Shown here piece after piece: positions 46,035 through 55,077 of a stretch of 64,000 bases of DNA. Every line of letters begins with the position of its first letter. Position 1 is the first letter of the stretch. Origin of the DNA: Pseudomonadota bacterium (lineage in GTDB: Bacteria > Bdellovibrionota > UBA1018); the NCBI GenBank assembly GCA_027485695.1, contig JAIXQO010000003.1:866932-930931 (forward strand), in the 5' to 3' direction. A model generated the notes under the pieces. It saw nothing but the letters and a program-made list of their open reading frames with translations, ran no database searches and was not told where the DNA came from. The translations under genes and the position numbers were made by a program.

Positions 46035-47387
46035 CTAAGCCAAAATCGAAGTCAAAACCGGGGCGTTCACGGTCTCTTTGCCGTTCTTACGCCAAAGCGA
46101 TGGGTCGACATTGAATAGCGAACAAAGCGTATTTACGATGCTAGCGCTCGTGATGTAGTCGCTCAGGTTCACGGTTGGTGGTAAGTCCGTGCGCACGGTT
46201 TGACTTGCGAAATCAAATGGACGCCCCATGAGATTCAATTTCTGAGGATCGATTTTGAGGCGCGCGGGTGAGAGTGTCTCGTTCACGGTTTCGAAATCCG
46301 AGGCTCCGATCGTAAGGCCGCCGCGGATACCTTTGCCGCCGATCAAGAACGAATTGTTGTACGGATTGTGGTCCGTGCCAGTGTCATCAATCGGCCGCCC
46401 CACCTGACGATTCGTTCGTCCAAACTCTGTACCCACCAGCACCGTTGTCACATCGAGGAAACTTCGCGTGGAATCAAACGGAGTTTCGGAGAGGACCTTA
46501 AATGCAGTGACGACGCTGTCGAGGCATTTTTGTACGGTTTTGGGTGTTTGTTTTGTAGACTCCGAGTCATGCGTATCAATGGTTTGCCCGCCTGCCGTGA
46601 GCGAGAGGTACGCCGTGCGAGTTGAGTGGAGTTTCATCAAATTCATGAGACGTCCGACGTAGGCTGCGAAATTTTCTCCACCCGTGGTCACCGGATCGGG
46701 ACCGAGCTGGCCCAGTTGAGAGTGGAGTTCTGTCTGACCCGTCAAACCACCGTATAAGAGCTGAGAGCCCAGTGCCATTCGACTCGAGCCTAGGCCAACG
46801 GCCTGATAACGGTTCTTGAGCGCTTCAAAAAGCGGATTTCCCGCGACGAGCGCTTGAGAACGAGAGACACGTTCTTGGAGCGTGTTGAGGGTGGTACGTG
46901 AAAGTGGCGCGACTTTTGAGAGGTTATTGAGTGGATAGGGAATGCCTCGATTGGTGATCGAATCGAGTGGGGTCGTGTTGCCATTCAGGTGCGGCACGAA
47001 AAAACTTCCGCCAAATGGATTGCCTGAGAGCATGAGGTTCACGTTCTGTTGGTGTCCGTCGAAATCCGGGCTCATCCAGACTCCGCGAACGATCGAGAAT
47101 CGGTTTGCATAGGTGCGTAGCGGGTCAAACGCCGAGGTCACGAGTGTGTTTCCGTAAGGCACTGGCTCGACGCCGAAATTTTCCGCACGAAGTCCCGCCG
47201 CTTTGAAGGCGAGTGGTCGCGAGTCCCAAACGTGAGTGAGGTCCAAGCCGTTTGGGAAAAAGAGCATGAGAAAAAAATGCGGTTCCGGCGGGGGCGTCGT
47301 GGATGCTCCAAGAGCCGTGTTCGACGACAGAAGTGCCGGGAGCAGTGGGAGAGCCGAGAGGGTCGTGAGGAATTCTCTTCTTTGCAT
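46035..47387 (-). CDS. Tat-signal protein of the DUF1501/DUF1552 type (sulfatase/alkaline-phosphatase-like superfamily)
   Basis: Twin-arginine signal 'MQRREFLTTLSALPLLPALLS'. Length 450 aa. Last gene of a 3-gene operon. The family assignment is from memory. Confidence 0.6.
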   Translation of the reverse strand: MQRREFLTTLSALPLLPALLSSNTALGASTTPPPEPHFFLMLFFPNGLDLTHVWDSRPLAFKAAGLRAENFGVEPVPYGNTLVTSAFDPLRTYANRFSIVRGVWMSPDFDGHQQNVNLMLSGNPFGGSFFVPHLNGNTTPLDSITNRGIPYPLNNLSKVAPLSRTTLNTLQERVSRSQALVAGNPLFEALKNRYQAVGLGSSRMALGSQLLYGGLTGQTELHSQLGQLGPDPVTTGGENFAAYVGRLMNLMKLHSTRTAYLSLTAGGQTIDTHDSESTKQTPKTVQKCLDSVVTAFKVLSETPFDSTRSFLDVTTVLVGTEFGRTNRQVGRPIDDTGTDHNPYNNSFLIGGKGIRGGLTIGASDFETVNETLSPARLKIDPQKLNLMGRPFDFASQTVRTDLPPTVNLSDYITSASIVNTLCSLFNVDPSLWRKNGKETVNAPVLTSILA

Positions 47388-47393
47388 GATAGC

Positions 47394-48020
47394 CTACTCC
47401 AGAATCACGTAAGGGTTGAGAAGGATGAGAGCGAGCGCGAATCGAAGTCGATCCGTCCCATCGGTCGCGGCGCCCGGTTGCGGGAATGCAGCGACATCTC
47501 CGAGCCAAGCGGTGTATTCACTCATAGGCGCATCGAATCCTGCGAGGGATGTCCAAATCTGCGAGAGCAGCGACTCACTGAGAGGTCCTGCGACACAGCC
47601 TGATTCAAGGAGTGCGATCCATTCAGGCGTGACCACCGGATTCGGCGGACGACTCGTGGAGCCCGGGCAAAAATTCAGCTGATCTTCGACGAATCCGCTG
47701 ATCAACAAATTCCAAAGCAAAAAACTGAGCGAATTCGGTGCACCGTTTTTGATCGTGACGTCGCTATCGTAGTAACCCAAGAGTGACAAGATCGGACGAT
47801 CGGTCAGCGATTCAGAGACACCTAAGTATTGTCCGAGATCGATCCGCGTGCCGATCCCACCGATTCGATCCTGTAACATTTGCTCGTAAGGGATAAATCC
47901 TCGGTAATGAGCGGCGCGGGGATCCGGGCTCAAGGCCGATCGCGAGAGTGGCGCCGCGAGCGTCGTATGCGCTAAGCCGACGGATAAGATTAAATATAGA
48001 AAACCGATCCAGTTTTTCAT
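47394..48020 (-). CDS. small secreted hypothetical protein (208 aa), middle gene of operon
   Basis: Signal peptide 'MKNWIGFLYLILSVGLAHTTLA'. ATGA overlap with the upstream gene. Confidence 0.5.
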   Translation of the reverse strand: MKNWIGFLYLILSVGLAHTTLAAPLSRSALSPDPRAAHYRGFIPYEQMLQDRIGGIGTRIDLGQYLGVSESLTDRPILSLLGYYDSDVTIKNGAPNSLSFLLWNLLISGFVEDQLNFCPGSTSRPPNPVVTPEWIALLESGCVAGPLSESLLSQIWTSLAGFDAPMSEYTAWLGDVAAFPQPGAATDGTDRLRFALALILLNPYVILE

Positions 48021-49981
48021 TTCTGTGCCTCCCGGTCCGCCCAGAGGTAAAGAGTTTCGCGTTCTTTGGTAGGGATTTCCATTCGAAGCGGCATGCGACG
48101 AGCGGGATCCGAATGCGAGAGTCGTTGGACGATTCGAGAAAACGTCTCACGGCGAGGCACGGGGTTTCCGGCAGCGTCGCGATGCGAGAACCCGGTAGAG
48201 CCGTCGGCGAGCAGGATTTGGCGATCGAGCGCAAGTCCCGCCGCTGGTCCGGCCGAGGAGTGGCACATCACGCAGCGGCTCTGAAGCAAGCTCGAGACTT
48301 CGCAAGGGAGGCTCGGATCAGCGGTTTCTCCAGGAGCGAAGTCATAGCACTGGTTGGTCACCCGTGCGCCGTTCTTGAATGACTCACTGGTCAGGATTTT
48401 CTTCCAGACGTTTTTGAGAGCGAGGTTCGGAGTGGTTCCGTGCGAGCCACGGTCGCGAATGAATTCTCGGGTGAGGTAGTTGAGGTAGCCCGGGCTAACG
48501 GATTGATCTTCGCCCACGGAGTATTCAAATAGCCTACGAACGAAACAGCTTTTGACCTCGGGGGCCGATTTCAAAATAGCCTCCAAGTCCGCGATGGATT
48601 CGCCGTATTGGTTCAAGCTTGGGTTCGTGGTCGAGCGAACGTAGCCGACTTCGTAAGTGCGGCCAGTACCCGGCGCCGCTTTCCACTGTTGGTCATAGTC
48701 GGCCATTTTGATTTTAGCGCCGTCGGTGAATGTGAGCGTGTCCCAGTTTTTGTAATCGAAAAACCAGCGACCGAATCCGCGAAAAAACCCTGCCATGGGA
48801 TCCAGTTTGTAGTGGCAGGCAAAACACGAAGGATCGCTCCCGTGACGACCGCCTCCGGAGTGCGAACTCGGGATCTCCACTCCGACCGGAGTGAGGTCAT
48901 CGCAGAAGTAGGTCTTCAGCATATAGGCGGAACGTTTACGGTTGAAATTGGTCGAAGAATTGCCTTTGTCGGCGAAAATCTCGAACGTCGTCGTAAACGC
49001 CAATTGCTGAGCGGGCCCGCCGATGGGCGAGTAATCTATGGTTCGCAGGTCCAAGATGGAGTTCAGCGTGTAGGTACTCGGCTCAAAAGGAGCAAGCTGA
49101 GTGAAAAGCCAATCGAATGCCTGAATCGTGCGCTCGGTATCACGAACACGATCAAACCCAATCGGTGTGTTGCCACGGCAAGCGGACTGAACCGGATTCA
49201 AAAGAAAATCGTAGGTGAAGTAATTGTCGACGATCGTCCCGTCCATTCCGATTCCGTAGGCGGCGCTGAAAATACCTTTTTCGCCGGCGAGCACGGTGGC
49301 GCAGTACTGATCCCAGGTGACGTTTGTATCGGCAGCGAGTGTTCTCCAGTCCATGAACCAACCGCGAATTTCCGCATAGCGACGAGTGCGCGCCGCTTCT
49401 ACAGATTCGCCGGGATTCTGAAGTTTATCGGAAAGTTTTTTCGAGAGCGGGCGCATGTAGACAGGAGTCCGAAGGGAAACGAGCGCGTCGAAATAGTCTT
49501 TGCCGCGGAAGTACTCTTGCACCGAATGGGTCGCCACCGGCGATCCGAAAACCTTGTCGTCATAACCATCGAACGTGGCGTCCGGGCGACGGATTTCGCT
49601 CACGCGTTGACCCAGGTAAGAGAGGGTGAACATGAGGAGCGAGTTCTCAAAATCCCGCTGCCCCATCCATTCATCCAGGATGTCGTTTTCGCTCATGGTG
49701 TCCCAGCGCGTGATCGGGTCGCGCGGGCTTAAGCTTTTGCCGTTTCGTAGAATGCGCGAGGCGCGTTCCATCCAAACGCGTTTCTCATAGAGGGGATCAG
49801 TCGGTGGCACCGCGGCTGCGATCGGAAGCGTCGTGATCGATACTCGGGTTGTTCGGGGAGACAGAGTTTCCGATGGAATTCGGCGAGGAAGGGGGCGGCT
49901 GAATTCGGCAGAGTGAACGGAGCCCGAACTTATGAAAATAGCCAACAACACGAATCGCGCGCACAGCGACCAGAGCTTCAT
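48017..49981 (-). CDS. secreted protein with two CxxCH motifs (Planctomycete-cytochrome-like DUF1549/DUF1553/DUF1588-type partner of DUF1501/1552 proteins)
   Basis: Signal 'MKLWSLCARFVLLAIFISSGSVHS'. Motifs 'CFACHYKLDP' and 'CVMCHSSAGP'. Adjacent to and co-oriented with the Tat-signal gene, as is typical of these gene pairs. Confidence 0.55.
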   Translation of the reverse strand: MKLWSLCARFVLLAIFISSGSVHSAEFSRPLPRRIPSETLSPRTTRVSITTLPIAAAVPPTDPLYEKRVWMERASRILRNGKSLSPRDPITRWDTMSENDILDEWMGQRDFENSLLMFTLSYLGQRVSEIRRPDATFDGYDDKVFGSPVATHSVQEYFRGKDYFDALVSLRTPVYMRPLSKKLSDKLQNPGESVEAARTRRYAEIRGWFMDWRTLAADTNVTWDQYCATVLAGEKGIFSAAYGIGMDGTIVDNYFTYDFLLNPVQSACRGNTPIGFDRVRDTERTIQAFDWLFTQLAPFEPSTYTLNSILDLRTIDYSPIGGPAQQLAFTTTFEIFADKGNSSTNFNRKRSAYMLKTYFCDDLTPVGVEIPSSHSGGGRHGSDPSCFACHYKLDPMAGFFRGFGRWFFDYKNWDTLTFTDGAKIKMADYDQQWKAAPGTGRTYEVGYVRSTTNPSLNQYGESIADLEAILKSAPEVKSCFVRRLFEYSVGEDQSVSPGYLNYLTREFIRDRGSHGTTPNLALKNVWKKILTSESFKNGARVTNQCYDFAPGETADPSLPCEVSSLLQSRCVMCHSSAGPAAGLALDRQILLADGSTGFSHRDAAGNPVPRRETFSRIVQRLSHSDPARRMPLRMEIPTKERETLYLWADREAQK

Positions 49982-50342
49982 AGCGTCTCATCCTCAAAGG
50001 ATATCGATGGAGTGAGGGACCGCACGCCGGATCGAATCGTTTATCAGTGTTTCCGTCGGATGGTGATTTTTGTAAAGTGTGAATTCAATGGTTTCGACCG
50101 ATGACATTTCTAAGTGCGTCATGAAGGCAGAGCACCAGATTCTAAAAATCGTCTGCTGCACTGGATCGCCTACTCGTGGTCATTTGCGCTATCGAGCTCG
50201 TTCACGAGATTTTTCCGCCTATTGAACCTATGTTAAGACTCATTCGATGGATTTCGGAAAACTCTCTCCTCATACCGGCATTGATTTCTCGTTGGCAATG
50301 ACGAGTGATTTTCGTCGGAATCGCGGAAAAATAAATCGCCCG

Positions 50343-51149
50343 ATGCAGGTCTATCTCGGGTGTCCGGTCTGGCAACACCCCACCTGGATGGGGCGAGTGT
50401 TTTTGCCAGGTACACCGTCGCGGGAATTTCTATCGGTCTATTCTCGCATGTTCAACGCGGTCGAGGTGAATGCGACCTTTTACAAGATTCCCGATCCTAC
50501 ATCAGTGGAGCGTTGGGCCGATCAAGTTCCGGATGACTTTCGATTCGTCGTGAAAATACCTCGTCAGATTTCACACGATGCGGCGATATCGGCAGGAATG
50601 GGAGCACTGCGCGCATTGATCGAATCTGTCGCTCATTTCGGTGCCAAGCTCGGAATGATTTTTCTACAGCTTCCTCCGTATTTCGGTCCGGACGATCGGA
50701 GGGAGCTTGCGGCATTCTGCCGGCAGTTTCCGGAGTCGTTGAAACTCGCGATCGAGTTCCGTGATCCGCGTTGGTTCGAGAGACGTGAATTTAATCCGCG
50801 AACAGCCGAGTGGTTCGCCGAGAAGAATATTTCGCTCGTGATCACCGATACGGCGGGTAGGCGTGACGTCAGTCATGGCGTGGTCACTTCGCCGACGATG
50901 ATGGTGCGATTCTTAGGGAACGAACTTCATCCCACCGACTATGACCGCGCTCGTGCCTGGATCGATCGCTTAGGCGAATGGGCGGAATCCGGTGTACGCG
51001 AGACCTATTTTTTCATGCACCAACCGAACGAGGAGACGGCGCCCGATCTCGTAGCGTGGATCTACGACCAATTAAAAAGCGATCCGAGGTTTGCGGTTCG
51101 GTTTCAGTGGACTCCCGCACCAGTCGATGTTCAACCGTCGCTGTTTTAG
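50343..51149 (+). CDS. DUF72 (UPF0759) family protein
   Basis: 'MQVYLGCPVWQHPTWMGRVFLPGTPSREFLSVYSRMFNAVEVNATFY' matches the DUF72 N-terminus. The ORF track begins 32 codons earlier, at 50247. Confidence 0.65.
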   Translation: MQVYLGCPVWQHPTWMGRVFLPGTPSREFLSVYSRMFNAVEVNATFYKIPDPTSVERWADQVPDDFRFVVKIPRQISHDAAISAGMGALRALIESVAHFGAKLGMIFLQLPPYFGPDDRRELAAFCRQFPESLKLAIEFRDPRWFERREFNPRTAEWFAEKNISLVITDTAGRRDVSHGVVTSPTMMVRFLGNELHPTDYDRARAWIDRLGEWAESGVRETYFFMHQPNEETAPDLVAWIYDQLKSDPRFAVRFQWTPAPVDVQPSLF

Positions 51150-52003
51150 CGCCAGCGGATCGTGGGTAGTACGTAGTAGATTCGCTGGTTTTCCACCGCG
51201 GTCGTCGTGCGAACGTCCGAAAACTTCGCTCGAGCCGGTAGGCCGAGTGGAAAATTCTGATCACAGAGATGGTGGGTTTGAGCGCAGTTCGGATTGGCCT
51301 CGGGCGAGGATTTCATCGAAATGCGAAGCTTCTCGGTCGAAACATCCTGGCAGAACGGGCGACTCCGATTCAGGTCGAGTGGATCCACCGTGATCTGTTC
51401 TGCAGCGAGCGCCGTCTCGATCAAATCAATGCAAGCGCGGCGATTGGGAGAGTTCGGCGAATCGAGTCGTGAGTAGCTCGCTCCGACCGGATCCTGTTTT
51501 TGTTCGCTCTTCGCATAGAGGTAAGCTCCGAATTGCGTCGTAAACGTGCCTCCGCCGAATTGGTAGAGGAGGCTTGCAGCATCAAACGTCTGTCCGACAT
51601 GAAGCGGTCCGAGTTGGCAACTCACGCGGAGGAGCTGGGGAGACGAATCGGTTACGGATTTGAGGATGAGTCGGGTGGTGGAGGACCATCCGCCGATATT
51701 GAAACGACCGACCACTTGGTAGTCGCCGCTTAAGCGGGAAATGCCGGAGAGATCGTCGCTGGGGATGGAGCACCAACGCTCGAGGCGGGGATGGCTGCTT
51801 GAAACTGCACCATTCACGAAATAGTAGGTGCCTTGCGCCTGGGAAGTGACCTCGGTCGGGAGATCAATGCCGTTTAAGCGAATGATGGTAGAGCGGATGG
51901 GAGTTTTTGAAATCGCGAGATCCAGGCCGATTTGAGCGGGGCCCGCGGCGCTCGCCGAGGCTTGGCTAAACCCAAGGGCCAAGATGAAAACAATCAAACG
52001 CAT
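51146..52003 (-). CDS. secreted hypothetical protein (285 aa)
   Basis: Signal peptide 'MRLIVFILALGFSQASASAAG'. Confidence 0.5.
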   Translation of the reverse strand: MRLIVFILALGFSQASASAAGPAQIGLDLAISKTPIRSTIIRLNGIDLPTEVTSQAQGTYYFVNGAVSSSHPRLERWCSIPSDDLSGISRLSGDYQVVGRFNIGGWSSTTRLILKSVTDSSPQLLRVSCQLGPLHVGQTFDAASLLYQFGGGTFTTQFGAYLYAKSEQKQDPVGASYSRLDSPNSPNRRACIDLIETALAAEQITVDPLDLNRSRPFCQDVSTEKLRISMKSSPEANPNCAQTHHLCDQNFPLGLPARAKFSDVRTTTAVENQRIYYVLPTIRWR

Positions 52004-52078
52004 GAGATCTGTTTTAAATTACACATATGTAAAAAACAAGAGTGATCACGCTAGACTTAAGTTCCGGATTCCCTGGAG

Positions 52079-53671
52079 CTATTCGGATGCCTGGCTGGGG
52101 CGCCTGACCCAGGCAAAAGCACGAGTGCGGGCGGCACCCATCCAAGAGCGCTCCTGGTCGATCTGAGTTCCCGGCTGAAGGCTCATGCGAACCTCGACCC
52201 AGCGAGCAAGTCGGACGAACGGCAATCCCAAGAGTAGATAAAATCCTGCCACAAGGATACCGGTTCCCAGGAAGTCATAGTAGGTCGATGCGAGCTGACC
52301 GTAGAGTTTCGTCAGCTCGACCATCGTGATGACAGAAACGAGGGACGAGTCCTTGAGGAGAGCGATGAAATCGTTCGTGATCGGAGGAATCACGATGCGG
52401 ATTGCCTGCGGGAGAACGATGTATCGAAGCGTCTGACGACGGCCCATGCCGAGAGCGGCGGCCGCTTCGCTCTGGGCGCGGGGGACGCCCAAGATTCCCG
52501 CGCGATAGTTCTCGGATTCGCTTGCAGCGTAGTTGAGCCCAAGCCCAAGAACGGCGGCAAAAAAGGGCGAGAGTTTCAGGCCCAAGTGAGGGAGCGCGTA
52601 GAAAATGAAAAAAAGCTGGATCAGGAGCGGCGTGCCTCGAATCAACTCGACGTACGTAATGGCAAGCCATTGCATGGGCTTCGGGCCATAGAGGCGTACG
52701 AGCGCCAGAATGAGGCCAAAAAGTACGGCGACGCACATCGCGGCAACCGAGATTTCGAGCGTCGTGACGGCGCCTTTAGCCAAGATCGGCAGGAACGATT
52801 GATAGAGTTCCAAACGCTCGCCCATCGTGCGGGATCGATTCGGCTGGGTGGCGTTCAGGAAATACTCGTACATCGTCGGACCCTCGAGGGCGGGTCCAGG
52901 GTCCTTGAACGCCTTGGCCATCAGCGGATTCCAAAGCGAATAGCGATCGTAGATGCGGCGAAGTTCACCGTCTCGAACCATGTCGGCGAGCGCTTGGTTC
53001 ACCTGTGCGACGAGTTCGGGTTCATTTTTGCGAATTCCGATTCCGTAAAGGATTTCACCGATGGGTCCGCCGACCAATTCTAATTTTGGATTCGGTTTTG
53101 CCAGGTACTGCGCGATCGGAGCGTCAATGAGCACTGCGGTCACGCGACCGTGCTCGAGGTCCGCGTATGCGTTCGTCTCGGCCTCATAAGTGACGGCTTC
53201 GATGCCGCCGAATTGTTCGAGCATCCGGTGCGCGAGTGAGAATTTGAGGGTGCCGACTTTTTTACCGCGGCAGTCTTCCAGGCTTGCGATGCCCTGGGTG
53301 CCCTTGAGCACGGTGAGCTGTTGGGCAGTGATGTAGTAGGGAGTGGAGAAGGCGATTTCGCGTTTACGCTCTTCGGTGATCTCCAGGCCGTTGATGATCA
53401 AGTCATAGTTGCCGCGCTCAAGGCCAGGTACGAGACCGTCCCAGGAGTTCTGAACGAATTGACCGGGGCGTCCGAGACGTTTGGCGACTCCGTCGATGAT
53501 TTCTTTTTCAAATCCAATCAGACGCTCGGGGTTCTTGGGATCTTGGAAAACGAACGGAGCGCCGCTTTCGGTATCGGCGGCCCAACGAATCGGTGTGTCC
53601 GCGTGCGTAAGCGACGCTGATAGTGAGGCAAGGACGAAAGCTGCAAGTCGTGTTAGACCCCGGAATTTCAT
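52079..53671 (-). CDS. amino-acid ABC transporter, fused periplasmic substrate-binding domain + permease
   Basis: N-terminal signal plus a type-3 solute-binding-protein domain (about 260 aa). C-terminal His/Gln-type permease with the EAA-like region 'YVELIRGTPLLIQLFFIFYALP'. Confidence 0.8.
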   Translation of the reverse strand: MKFRGLTRLAAFVLASLSASLTHADTPIRWAADTESGAPFVFQDPKNPERLIGFEKEIIDGVAKRLGRPGQFVQNSWDGLVPGLERGNYDLIINGLEITEERKREIAFSTPYYITAQQLTVLKGTQGIASLEDCRGKKVGTLKFSLAHRMLEQFGGIEAVTYEAETNAYADLEHGRVTAVLIDAPIAQYLAKPNPKLELVGGPIGEILYGIGIRKNEPELVAQVNQALADMVRDGELRRIYDRYSLWNPLMAKAFKDPGPALEGPTMYEYFLNATQPNRSRTMGERLELYQSFLPILAKGAVTTLEISVAAMCVAVLFGLILALVRLYGPKPMQWLAITYVELIRGTPLLIQLFFIFYALPHLGLKLSPFFAAVLGLGLNYAASESENYRAGILGVPRAQSEAAAALGMGRRQTLRYIVLPQAIRIVIPPITNDFIALLKDSSLVSVITMVELTKLYGQLASTYYDFLGTGILVAGFYLLLGLPFVRLARWVEVRMSLQPGTQIDQERSWMGAARTRAFAWVRRPSQASE

Positions 53672-53686
53672 TACTTCATCTTCCTC

Positions 53687-54448
53687 TTACAAAAATTTCC
53701 TTAGGAACTGCTTGGTACGCTCGTCTTTTGGTTCGGAGAAAATCTGGTCGGAATGGCCGCTTTCGACGATCAGGCCTTCTTCCATATAAACAATGTAATC
53801 GGACGCGTCCCGCGCAAATCGCATCTCATGGGTAACGGCGATTTGAGTCATGCCGTCTTGGTCGAGTTGCTTCATGGTTTGGAGAACTTCGTCCACCAGT
53901 TCCGGGTCGAGCGCCGAAGTCGGCTCGTCATAGAGCATGACGAGAGGGTTCAGAGCTAGGGCGCGCGCGATGGCGCCGCGCTGGGATTGGCCGCCGGAGA
54001 GCTGCGATGGGAGTTTTCTCTCGTGCGCGGCTAGGCCGACCTTGGAGAGGAGCTGGCGTGCTTTTTCGATCGCCTCGTCTTTGGGCGTATCTTTCACGAT
54101 CGTCTGCGCGCAGACGATGTTGTCGAGGAGTGAGAGGTGGGGGAATAGTCGGAAGTCCTGGAAAACCATTCCGCAGTTCTTTCGGAGCGCTTGGGCTTTC
54201 TTCTCAAACTCGGTTGGGTCGATCTTTTCGCCCTTTTTGTGTTCAAGGCGCTGGTCCACGACCGTGACCGAACCTTCGTCCAGGATTTCGAGGCCGTTGA
54301 TGCAACGGAGGAGCGTCGATTTACCGCAACCGGACCGGCCGATGAAGCAAACCAGGTCGCCTTTTTGAATTTCTAAGGAAATTCCTCGGAGAACTTCGTG
54401 ACTTCCAAAGCTCTTACGGAGGTTTTCGATCGAAACGATTCCGGCCAT
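53687..54448 (-). CDS. amino-acid ABC transporter ATP-binding protein
   Basis: Walker A 'GRSGCGKST', signature 'LSGGQSQRGAIARAL', Walker B 'LYDEPTSALD'. Length 253 aa. Confidence 0.9.
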   Translation of the reverse strand: MAGIVSIENLRKSFGSHEVLRGISLEIQKGDLVCFIGRSGCGKSTLLRCINGLEILDEGSVTVVDQRLEHKKGEKIDPTEFEKKAQALRKNCGMVFQDFRLFPHLSLLDNIVCAQTIVKDTPKDEAIEKARQLLSKVGLAAHERKLPSQLSGGQSQRGAIARALALNPLVMLYDEPTSALDPELVDEVLQTMKQLDQDGMTQIAVTHEMRFARDASDYIVYMEEGLIVESGHSDQIFSEPKDERTKQFLRKFL

Positions 54449-54570
54449 ACGATCGATTTAGCTAATTTGACTCGGTTTGTCATTAAGAAAGGGGGACGAG
54501 AATAGTCCGGCTCCATTCTAGAGGCGGCTCTCACGAAAACCTAACAGAACGTCGAGTCGCAAGGGGCGAT

Positions 54571-55047
54571 TTAACCCGTTTTCGGGCCGCCACAGATCAG
54601 CGTTTTGATGTCCATTTCGAAAATGATCTCAGCCTTGTTCGGATGAATGTGTTTCAGAACCACGCCTTCGCCGAAGGTCGGATGCGCGATGCGATCACCG
54701 ATCGAGACCTGGAGTTTTGCCGAATAAGTCTGAAGCGGTCTGGAACGATGGGAGTTCATCGCATTTCTCCATTCGGTACCAACGCTGTGATCGGCTTTTT
54801 CGCCGCTGGCCGTGCGACCAGCACGGGTTTTCGGTGGAGGTGCTTTGGATGGATCGGTCACGCCTTTGGGAGCCTTGTAGAGGCGTTCACCACGGCAGGT
54901 TTTGCACTGAACCTTGATGATCTGATCGCCTTTCATCGCTACGACGGTCGCTCGCAGGTCCAGGCGACAAGAACTACAGTAGGACAGGACTTCTTCGGCA
55001 ACGCGAGCCATCGAGTGGTATCTCCGGGATAATTCAGTTAGATTCAA
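54571..55047 (-). CDS. small Zn-ribbon protein with UvrD-C-terminal-like (DUF3553-type) domain
   Basis: 'CSSCRL...CKTCRGE' is a four-Cys ribbon. The C-terminal 'GDRIAHPTFGEGVVLK' resembles the conserved GxxVxHxxFGxGxV tail of UvrD/PcrA helicases. Confidence 0.5.
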   Translation of the reverse strand: MNLTELSRRYHSMARVAEEVLSYCSSCRLDLRATVVAMKGDQIIKVQCKTCRGERLYKAPKGVTDPSKAPPPKTRAGRTASGEKADHSVGTEWRNAMNSHRSRPLQTYSAKLQVSIGDRIAHPTFGEGVVLKHIHPNKAEIIFEMDIKTLICGGPKTG

Positions 55048-55077
55048 AGGTAGAACGAATTCTTCTCACAAAACTAG

